Source: Prasinococcaceae sp. CCMP 1430
Taxonomy: Eukaryota > Plantae > Prasinodermophyta
Assembly: GCA_013416795.1 (NCBI GenBank)
Contig: RQSC01000022.1
Coordinates: 122,969 to 132,505, forward strand
Direction: 5' to 3'
DNA: 9,537 bases
Shown here: positions 1-6,907 of the stretch, one piece after another
Layout: every line of letters begins with the position of its first letter
Position numbering within the stretch: the first letter of the stretch is position 1
Program-made: the position numbers and the translations under genes
The notes under the pieces: model-generated
What the model was told of the DNA's origin: nothing
Databases searched by the model: none
Seen by the model: only the letters and a program-made list of their open reading frames with translations

Positions 1-1
1 C

Positions 2-3000
2 GGCGGGTCGCGGGAGGTCGAGGGCGCCCCCCCCGGCGCCGCGCCCGCGACGCTGCTGGGCACGGTCGACGGCGCGCTGCACGCCATCGACCCCGCCACG
101 GGGAGGCTCATGTGGTCGTTCGACGCGGGCCAGCCGCTCGTCGAGGCGAGCGCGCCCGCGCTGCGCGAGCGCGCCGGCGGCGATGGCGAGAAGAGTGGGG
201 AGGACGTCGACGGGGTGGGCTCCTCGTCGGCCCCCTTTTCGCCGTTCGCGCACAGCCTCGTGCCGGGCCTCGACGGCAGCCTGTACATGCCCACGGCGTC
301 CGGGGGCTTCCAGAAGCTCGAGCTGAGCGTGCAGGACCTCGTGGCCGAGTCGCCCACGCTGCTGGCGGGCGCGGAGGGGGAGGGCGTGCTCGTGGGCGAG
401 CGCGAGACGGAGCTGTACGCCATCGACGCCGAGAGCGGCGAGCTGCGCTACTTCGTGGGCACCGCCGGCGCCGAGCGAGGCAGGCAGAGACGACGGCAGC
501 GGCAGCAGCGGCAGCAGCAGCGGGGCGAGGGCGCACCCGACGGCGCAGGCGCGGACGCCGAGGCCCCCAGCGGCCCCGCGGGCGTCCCCGCGGCGTGGGT
601 GGGCGCCTTCGGGGAGGGCGTGGGCGCGAACCTCGGCGCAGGGGGGGCCAAGCCCGCGGGGTCGGCGGCGGGCCAGGAGGCGCTGTTGCTTGCGCGCACG
701 CGCTACACGGTGCGCGCGCTCGACGCATCGAGCGGCGCGCAGCGATGGAACATGAGCCTGGGTATCTGGAAGACGCTCGGCGACGCCGACGCCGGCGTGC
801 GGATGCTCGCGGGGGGGGAGGGGGAGTTCGGCGCCGGCGCGGTCGCTGGAATGGTCGGGGCGGGCGACGAGGGGCTCGCGCGCTGGTCGGCGCTCCCGCG
901 CGGCGACCGGGGCGGCGGCCTCGCCGCAGGCGGCGGGCGGCACGCGCTCGCGCGGCTCCCCGACGGGCGCGTGGTGGACATGGCCAGGCTTGACGGGCTG
1001 GTCGCCGCGGGGGCCGGCGGCGAGGACGACGCCGGCGCCGGTGCCGCGAGCGTCGCCCTTCAGGCGGCCCTGCTGGCGCTGGGCGGCGCGCCGCCCGGGG
1101 CGGTGGTCGCGAGCACCGGCGTGGCGGGCGAATCCTTCGCGGTGCTGCCCGGCGTGCACGGCCACGTCACCGGTGACGCCGGTGCCGGCGGCCAGGCTTC
1201 GTCGGCGCTCGTAGGTAGGCACGGCGAGGCGCTCTTCGTGACGCCCGCGCTTGCGCACTCGGCGCTGCCGCCCTCGCCGCCGCTGCCCCTCGCGGCGCTG
1301 CCGGCCGCGCCGTCGGGGTCGCACGCGACGTCGGGCGGCAACGCCGACGCGTCTGCGGTCGCGCTCGTCGCCGTGTCGGACGCCACCGCCGACGTCGCCG
1401 AGTGCGCCGACGCCGACGTGGCACCCAGAGCTGGCCCCTTCGCCTCGCGCTCGCACCCGTACTACCGCGTGCCGCTGCTGCCCGTGCCCACCGAGAGCAC
1501 CATCAGGAAGCTGCCCCCCGAGTGCGTCGCGCTGCGCGCGCATGCGCGCGCGCACGCACATGCGCGCTCGTGCACACGTGCCGGCACATACGCGCGCGCA
1601 TACGAACGCGCACACGCGCGCGCACGCGCGCCCACGCGCGCGCGCTCACACGCGCACGCGCACGCGCACGCACGCGCACGCAGGCGAGCCGAGCCCTGGT
1701 CGTGGTCGGTCGAACGCTTCGTGCGCCGCGCCTCGGAGGCGTACGCGCGGGAGCCGTGGGTGTGGACTCTCACGCTGCTGGCGATCGCCTTCGGCTTCGT
1801 GATCATCGTGGTGCTGATCGGCCTGCAGCTGTACCAGCTGGGCCTCGACCGGTCGTACAGGAGGCTGACGGCCAACTTCGAGGCGGCGCGCAAGGAGCGC
1901 GCGTTGAAGGCCATCAAGGAGACGCTCGAGGCGGAGGCCGCCGCGTCCGCCAGGCGCAAGGCAAGCGCGGACGCCAAGGCGGCGAGGCGGAAGGAGAACA
2001 AGAAGGCCAAGCAGGCAGCCAAGGCAGCCGCCGAGGGCAGGAAGGCGCTCGCCGAGGCGCAGGAGCTCGCGCAAAGGCAGGCGGCGGAGGCGAAGAAGGC
2101 TGCGCGCCGGGCCGCGGCCGCATCGTCGGCCGCGACGCTCGACAGCGTCGCCGACGAGTCCATCGCCGCCGGCGCCGTCGTGGTGAACCAGCTCACCGTG
2201 GGCCCCGCCATCCTGGGTCACGGCAGCTGCGGGACGCTGGTGTTCGAGGGCACGCTCGCCGGGCGGCAGGTGGCGGTCAAGCGCATGCTCGGCCAGTTCT
2301 ACGATGCCGCCAAGGGTGAGATCGAGACGCTCATCCTGTCGGACGAGCACCCCAACGTCGTGCGGTGCTACGCCATGGAGACCGACGCAGACTTCGTCTA
2401 CCTCGCGCTGGAGCGGTGCCCGATGACGCTGGCGGATCGCATTGACCTCGCGACGGGCGAGAACGCGCCGCAGGGGCGCCGTCGGCACGGCGGAGGGGAC
2501 GAGCGTCGCGGCGGCGTCCGAGGACACGCCGAGGCGTCCTCGACGGCGACCTCCTCGGCGGCCGCGGCCGAGCACGCGGCGGCCGTTGAGGGCCTGCTCG
2601 CGCGTCCGATGTACGAGAGCGTCGGCGCGACGGGCGCGGACGCGGCCTCGGGCGTCGGGAGCCCCCCGGGGCTCTCCAAGCGGCGCGGGAAGGGCGGCGC
2701 GAGGGGTGCTGCGGGCGGCGCGGCCAAGCGCGAGCACGCGCGCGTGCCCACGGAGGCCACGATGGTGCTCGTGCGCGACATCGTGAGCGGGCTCGAGCAC
2801 CTCCACTCCAAGCGCGTCATACACAGGGACCTCAAGCCCCACAACGTGCTCGTGAGCGCCACGGGCCGCGCCAAGCTCAGCGACATGGGCATCGCCCGCC
2901 GCCTGCAGGTCGACGCGTCGTCGTTCGACGCGACGACCGCCGCGCGGGCGGCCGGCACGCAGGGCTGGCGCGCGCCCGAGCTCCTGAGCGAGGCGCCCGC

Positions 3001-3694
3001 GCACGGCGCGCGCCTCACGCGCGCGGTGGACGTGTTCTCGCTGGGCTGCGTCATCTACTACGTGCTTACCGGCGGCGGGCACCCCTTCGGCTCCCGCCTC
3101 AGCCGCGACGCCAACATCGTCGGCGGCAAGCTCGACCTGTCGGCCCTGGCGCACATGCCCGAGGCCGTGCACCTGCTCAAGCAGCTGCTCGCGGCCGACC
3201 CGCGCATGCGCCCCCCCGCGGCGAGCGTGCTCCGGCACCCGCTGCTGTGGAGCGCGCCCGAGCAGCTGGCCTTCCTCTGCGCGGTCTCCGACCACATCGA
3301 CGGCCTCAAGGCCGGCTCGCCGGAGCAGGCGCGCCTCGAGCGCGCGCTCGAGCGCGCCGCGGCCCCGGCGCTCGCGCACGCCGAGGGGGGCTGGGCGGGC
3401 GCCGTGGACGCCGGCCTCCTGGCGGACGCCGAGCGCTGGCGGCGGTACAACCACGGCAGCGCGCGCGACCTCCTCCGCTTCGTGCGCAACCGCGTCCACC
3501 ACTTCGACGAGCTCGCCCCCGAGCTGCAGCGCGCGCTCGGCGGCAGCCCCGGCGAGGGCGTGCTGCGCTACTTCAAGGCGCGCTTCCCCACGCTCGTGCT
3601 CGACGTGTACGCCTACGCCGTGGGCGAGGCCATGGAGACGGGCTGCGCGCGATACCACGAGTGGATCGGACCCGCCGACGAGTTCGGGGGCTGA
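2..3694 (+). CDS. IRE1: IRE1 serine/threonine kinase-endoribonuclease (UPR sensor), 5'-partial; join(<2..1521,1684..3694), about 1176 aa visible
   Basis: The frame is open from base 2 (LLGTVDGALHAIDPATGRLMWSF, typical start of the IRE1 luminal domain). TM segment WVWTLTLLAIAFGFVIIVVLIGL at about 1757-1825. Kinase motifs LGHGSCGT, VAVKR, HRDLKPHNVL, LSDMG (DMG as in plant IRE1) and GTQGWRAPE. KEN RNase motif YNHGSARDLLRFVRNRVHHFDEL. Stop TGA at 3692-3694. Confidence 0.96.
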   Translation, partial: GGSREVEGAPPGAAPATLLGTVDGALHAIDPATGRLMWSFDAGQPLVEASAPALRERAGGDGEKSGEDVDGVGSSSAPFSPFAHSLVPGLDGSLYMPTASGGFQKLELSVQDLVAESPTLLAGAEGEGVLVGERETELYAIDAESGELRYFVGTAGAERGRQRRRQRQQRQQQRGEGAPDGAGADAEAPSGPAGVPAAWVGAFGEGVGANLGAGGAKPAGSAAGQEALLLARTRYTVRALDASSGAQRWNMSLGIWKTLGDADAGVRMLAGGEGEFGAGAVAGMVGAGDEGLARWSALPRGDRGGGLAAGGGRHALARLPDGRVVDMARLDGLVAAGAGGEDDAGAGAASVALQAALLALGGAPPGAVVASTGVAGESFAVLPGVHGHVTGDAGAGGQASSALVGRHGEALFVTPALAHSALPPSPPLPLAALPAAPSGSHATSGGNADASAVALVAVSDATADVAECADADVAPRAGPFASRSHPYYRVPLLPVPTESTIRKLPPECVALRAHARAHAHARSCTRAGTYARAYERAHARARAPTRARSHAHAHAHARARRRAEPWSWSVERFVRRASEAYAREPWVWTLTLLAIAFGFVIIVVLIGLQLYQLGLDRSYRRLTANFEAARKERALKAIKETLEAEAAASARRKASADAKAARRKENKKAKQAAKAAAEGRKALAEAQELAQRQAAEAKKAARRAAAASSAATLDSVADESIAAGAVVVNQLTVGPAILGHGSCGTLVFEGTLAGRQVAVKRMLGQFYDAAKGEIETLILSDEHPNVVRCYAMETDADFVYLALERCPMTLADRIDLATGENAPQGRRRHGGGDERRGGVRGHAEASSTATSSAAAAEHAAAVEGLLARPMYESVGATGADAASGVGSPPGLSKRRGKGGARGAAGGAAKREHARVPTEATMVLVRDIVSGLEHLHSKRVIHRDLKPHNVLVSATGRAKLSDMGIARRLQVDASSFDATTAARAAGTQGWRAPELLSEAPAHGARLTRAVDVFSLGCVIYYVLTGGGHPFGSRLSRDANIVGGKLDLSALAHMPEAVHLLKQLLAADPRMRPPAASVLRHPLLWSAPEQLAFLCAVSDHIDGLKAGSPEQARLERALERAAAPALAHAEGGWAGAVDAGLLADAERWRRYNHGSARDLLRFVRNRVHHFDELAPELQRALGGSPGEGVLRYFKARFPTLVLDVYAYAVGEAMETGCARYHEWIGPADEFGG
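1522..1683 (+). other. Spliceosomal intron in IRE1 (phase 2, 162 nt, stop-free, multiple of 3)
   Basis: GA|GTGCGT donor and CACGCAG|G acceptor. The body is an alternating CA/GC repeat like the other introns here, with a branch-like GCTCAC near 1643-1648. Splicing gives KLPPE-RAEPWSW and removes an (HA/RA)n stretch. Confidence 0.85.
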
Positions 3695-3779
3695 CCGACG
3701 CCGCGGCGCGCGCGGCCGCGGCGCGTGTAGCGTCGCAATCGCACCGCCGCGACGCGTCCGCGCCCAGCCGCCCCGCGCG

Positions 3780-3860
3780 AGTGCGTGTGCGTGTCTGTGT
3801 GTTTGTGTGTGTGTGTGTGTGTGCGCGTGTGTGTGTGTGTGTGCGCGTGTGTGTGTGTGT

Positions 3861-3905
<45 letters not shown>

Positions 3906-3972
3906 GGTATTTGCGCGCGCGCGTGTGTGTGTGTTGACGTTTGCATATGTGTGTGTGTGTGTGTGTGTGTGT
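3780..3972. repeat. Imperfect (GT)n microsatellite between the convergent IRE1 and Alba 3' ends
   Basis: Directly visible; boundaries approximate. Confidence 0.95.
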
Positions 3973-3973
3973 T

Positions 3974-4269
3974 TTACGCCTCGCCCGTCCCACGCTGCCG
4001 CCGACGCCGCCGCTTGCTGCCACCACCGCCGCTGCCACCGCCGCCACTGCCGCCGCTGCCGCCTCCCCCTCGCCCACCTCGCCCACCCGCGCGCCCGCCT
4101 TTGGAGCGCTGCCCGCGCGAGCGCCTGGGCAGCGGCGGGCGCGTCGGGGCGAGCGGAGGCGCGCGCGGTGTGTCGCGCGTCAGCCCGCGCGTGAACGGTG
4201 TCGGGAGCAGAGGACGCGGGCGCTCGCCGGAGCGGCTCGAGCGCCCCATTGCACACAGACATAAACGCA

Positions 4270-4300
<31 letters not shown>

Positions 4301-4586
4301 TACACACACACAAGCACTCACACACACACACACGCACACACACACACACGCAAACACACACACACACACACACACGCACACACCTTTCGTTAGGTCGCCC
4401 TCCCTCGTCGATCCCCTCCAGGCCCGCGTCCGCGCGCACGTGCTCGGCCGCCAGCGGCGGCTGGTAGCCCGCGTGCGCGGCGTCGAGCGGGTCGAGGCTC
4501 AGCCGTATGCTGATCACGCTCACCTGGCGCGTCTGCGTGACGTTGGCCAGGCCCTCCACGACGGGCTCGAACTCCTCGCGCATGGC
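3974..4586 (-). CDS. Alba-domain RNA/DNA-binding protein, Rpp25-like subfamily, C-terminal part only; complement(join(3974..4124,4384..4586))
   Basis: Exon 4586-4384 reads AMREEFEPVVEGLANVTQTRQVSVISIRLSLDPLDAAHAGYQPP. From memory this matches the plant Rpp25-like Alba pattern WEPxEEGLxxxxxTRHVSxIxIxLSxxxLxxxxxGYQxP. A phase-2 splice to exon 4124-3974 gives a G/R-rich basic tail (KGGRAGGRGGRGGGG...KRRRRR) ending in TAA. N-terminal Alba motifs were not found. Confidence 0.8.
4125..4383 (-). other. Intron of the Alba-like gene (259 nt, phase 2)
   Basis: AG|GTGTGT donor at 4383, branch-like GCTGAC at 4184-4179, CCCAG|G acceptor at 4125. The 5' half is (GT)n on the sense strand and splicing preserves the frame. 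Confidence 0.8.
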
Positions 4587-4590
4587 CTTG

Positions 4591-4596
4591 GTGTGA

Positions 4597-4654
<58 letters not shown>
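4591..4654. repeat. (GT)n microsatellite; (CA)n on the minus strand ending near the CCAAG acceptor (4587) of the Alba exon
   Basis: Directly visible. Confidence 0.93.
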
Positions 4655-4655
<1 letters not shown>

Positions 4656-4664
4656 CGCGCAGCC

Positions 4665-4688
4665 GCCATCGCCATCGCCATCGCCATC
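4665..4688. repeat. (GCCATC)4 hexamer tandem repeat
   Basis: gccatc occurs four times in tandem. Confidence 0.85.
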
Positions 4689-4760
4689 GCTGCGCACGTG
4701 CGCGCGCCGTGGGCGCAGGGCACCGCGGGGCAGGGCAGGGACGGGACGGCACGGGAAGGG

Positions 4761-4810
4761 GAGCCCGCTGGCGCCCGCTGGCGCCCGCTGGCGCCCGCTG
4801 GTGCCCGCTG
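4761..4810. repeat. Five tandem copies of the 10-mer GNGCCCGCTG
   Basis: gagcccgctg, gcgcccgctg x3, gtgcccgctg. Confidence 0.92.
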
Positions 4811-4853
4811 GCTCGCGCGCGTGTGGCGCCCAACAGCCCCGCTCGAGCGCATG

Positions 4854-4913
4854 GTGAGCCCCTTCCTTCCCTCCTCATTAGGCATTAGGGTTAGGGTTTA
4901 CTTTTTGTTGCAG
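4854..4913 (+). other. Probable short conventional intron (60 nt), possibly at the 5' end of the DNAAF6-like transcript
   Basis: Strong ATG|GTGAGC donor and T-rich CTTTTTGTTGCAG| acceptor. It is followed by a 55-nt putative exon (4914-4968) ending at a GAG|GTGCGC donor. Its frame link to DNAAF6 is unresolved. Confidence 0.55.
4885..4900. promoter_or_regulatory. Telomere-like TTAGGGTTAGGGTTTA containing a telo-box (TAGGGTTT, reverse complement AAACCCTA)
   Basis: Exact telo-box at 4892-4899 in an AT-rich patch between divergent genes. Function is inferred by analogy to plants only. Confidence 0.4.
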
Positions 4914-5029
4914 ATGCGAACTGTCGAGAGCATCCCTCGCGCGCGGTTTGGGGCGGTCGCGGAGGGAGGTGCGCACGCGGGACGGACGGCGCGAAACGCC
5001 TGTCAGTCGAGCGCAGCGCGCGCGCGCGC

Positions 5030-5057
5030 GCATGCACACACACACACGCACACACAC

Positions 5058-5127
<70 letters not shown>

Positions 5128-5311
5128 ACGCACACGCACATGCACATGCACACGCACACGCACACGCACATGCACGTGCACATGCACACGCACATGCACA
5201 TACACACACACGCACACGCACAAGCACACACAGAGAGAGAGGCACACGCAGGCACACACACGCACGGCACACGCGCACTCAGCCTCCGCACACATACACA
5301 CGCGCGCGCGG

Positions 5312-5368
<57 letters not shown>

Positions 5369-5380
5369 CACACACACACG
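5030..5380. repeat. Compound (CA)n/(CACG)n microsatellite, intronic, upstream of the first recognisable DNAAF6 exon
   Basis: Directly visible; ends at a CATAG acceptor (5385). Confidence 0.93.
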
Positions 5381-5385
5381 CATAG

Positions 5386-5626
5386 CCTTCAACCGCGGTG
5401 CCTTCGGTGCAGGCGCGCGACCCCAAGGCCATCTGGGCCCCCGACGAGATCCCTGCGGACGCTGACGACGACGAGGCAGAGCTCGAAGAGGAGGCCGCCG
5501 AGCTGGAGGTGCGTGCGCGAGCGCGTACGAGCGCACACGCGGACGCACGCGCACACTCAGGCACGCGCACATGTACACGTACGCACACACACACGCACGC
5601 ACATGCGCGTGCACGCATGCTCATGC

Positions 5627-5683
<57 letters not shown>

Positions 5684-5684
5684 N

Positions 5685-5748
<64 letters not shown>

Positions 5749-6113
5749 AGCTCGCCGCCGCCGGCCTGAAGGTCCCCGAGTGCGAGTTCGTGTTGCGCCA
5801 GGCCATCGGCGTGCAGGAGGGCTACGGCATGGCGCTCGACCCCATGGCGAAGGACCCGGGCAGCGCCAGCTGCGAGACGCTCGTCGTGCGCGTGGCGCTG
5901 CCGGGCGTCGAGAGCGCCGCGGGGCTCGACCTCGACGTCACCGCCAGGTGCGCGCGTGCGGGCGTGTGCGCGCGTGTGTGTGTATGTGTGTGCGTGTGTC
6001 TCTGCGCGCATTCGTGTGTGCGCGCGTTTGTATGTGCGTTCATACCGTGCATGCGCTCACACGCACGCGCACACACGCGCGCCCTTCACGTCCCTATCAC
6101 ACACACATACACA

Positions 6114-6184
<71 letters not shown>

Positions 6185-6189
6185 NNNNN

Positions 6190-6283
<94 letters not shown>

Positions 6284-6446
6284 CCCCAGGCGCGTGCGGC
6301 TGCGCGGCTCGGGCTACGCGCTGAGCGCGCCGCTGCCTGAGGCGGTGGACGCCGACGGCGGCAGCGCGAGGTTCGACGCCGCCAAGGCGACGCTCGAGCT
6401 CACGCTGCCCATCGTGCGCGAGGGGGAGGCGGTTATTATGGCGTAG
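5386..6446 (+). CDS. DNAAF6: Dynein axonemal assembly factor 6 (PIH1D3/Twister)-like, 5'-partial; join(5386..5508,5748..5947,6290..6446)
   Basis: Spliced product: ...RDPKAIWAPDEIP...KVPECEFVLRQAIGVQEGY...KDPGSASCETLVVRVALPG...LDLDVTARRVRLRG...LPEAVDADGGSARFDAAKATLELTLPIVRE. It follows the PIH1D3 pattern (IWxxxEIP, PEYEIxFRQxVG, KDxSxxxCxxLVxKIxLP, CS-like C-terminus) as recalled. GT-AG boundaries are phase-compatible (0 and 2). Stop TAG at 6444-6446. An alternative phase-0 acceptor gives an exon start at 5413. Confidence 0.85.
5509..5747 (+). other. DNAAF6 intron (phase 0) made of (CA)n, with one N at 5684
   Basis: GAG|GTGCGT ... CACACAG|GAG. Confidence 0.88.
5948..6289 (+). other. DNAAF6 intron (phase 2): GT-rich 5' part, (CA)n 3' part, assembly gap NNNNN at 6185-6189
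   Basis: CAG|GTGCGC ... CCCCCAG|G restores the frame VTAR-RVRL. Confidence 0.88.
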
Positions 6447-6477
6447 CTCGCGTGCCCGCGTAATACGAGCGATCTAA

Positions 6478-6615
6478 TACACACACACACAGACTCGCAC
6501 ACGCACACACACACACACACACGCACACACACACACGCACACACACACGCACACACACGCACGCACACACACACACACGCACACGCACACACGCACACGC
6601 GCGCGCGCACACACA
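6478..6615. repeat. Compound (CA)n/(CACG)n microsatellite downstream of DNAAF6
   Basis: Directly visible. Confidence 0.92.
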
Positions 6616-6623
6616 TGCACTTC

Positions 6624-6674
6624 GTAGATGTACAGTAGTACTTGACTTGCTAGTACTGTACAGGACTAGTCTAC
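6624..6674. promoter_or_regulatory. AT-rich inverted repeat with four GTAC cores, candidate promoter element
   Basis: TGTACAGTA (6629-6637) pairs with TACTGTACA (6654-6662). GTAC occurs at 6630, 6638, 6653 and 6658. Regulatory role is inferred. Confidence 0.4.
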
Positions 6675-6907
6675 ACGTATTTACGGTCATGCGAAACAAT
6701 GAGTTACTGCCATCGGCGTCGTTCCCCCTCGCGTCGCCGGCCCCAGTCAGCGACGCGCGCGCGGGCGTGTGCGTGCGTGCGTGTGCATGTGCGTGTGCGT
6801 GTGTGTGCGTGTGCGTCTCTGTGGACGTGTGACGAACGAGACCGGCCGCACGCCACTCGTGCGCGCGAATGTGCGCGCGTGCGCATGCGCGTGCGCGCGC
6901 CGCCGCG

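Noticed and set aside
811-825. G homopolymer in IRE1 as a frameshift or slippage site
   Set aside because: The frame is intact (LAGGEGEF) and nothing suggests recoding.
1820-1835. CUGCAG sites (also about 6974 and 7454) as IRE1/RIDD cleavage loops
   Set aside because: By eye the flanks do not form the stem required around a 7-nt loop, and CTGCAG (Leu-Gln) is common in GC-rich coding DNA.
1646-3946. 766-aa minus-strand ORF and other alternative-frame ORFs over IRE1
   Set aside because: Antisense or off-frame shadows of a GC3-rich gene with no recognisable motifs.
4761-4810. Tandem repeats as a possible CRISPR array
   Set aside because: Head-to-tail 10-mers without spacers, no cas genes, eukaryotic context.
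4810-4885. Minus-strand EEGRKGLTMRSSGAVGR as the missing Alba KAMG region
   Set aside because: Only faint similarity; flanks do not match Alba, and no supporting splice path was found.
3573-6446. Many long ORFs rich in HTHT, CVCV or HAHA (e.g. 3807..5465, 4878..6011, 5513..6340)
   Set aside because: Dinucleotide repeats lack stop codons. The real exons are already explained by spliced Alba and DNAAF6 models.
6620-6710. Minus-strand NSLFRMTVNTCRLVLYSTSKSSTTVHLRS as a distant Alba exon (nested-gene model)
   Set aside because: AT-rich third positions are unlike all true exons here and the similarity is weak.
6620-6710. tRNA or box C/D snoRNA in the AT-rich island
   Set aside because: No cloverleaf or T-loop consensus, and no RTGATGA/CTGA box pair seen.
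6699-6907. Extra upstream exon for the orphan gene (ATG 6699, intron 6767-6840)
   Set aside because: Phase-compatible, but the splice sites are weak and the added peptide is repeat-like (CARAHARAR). Left as start-site uncertainty.
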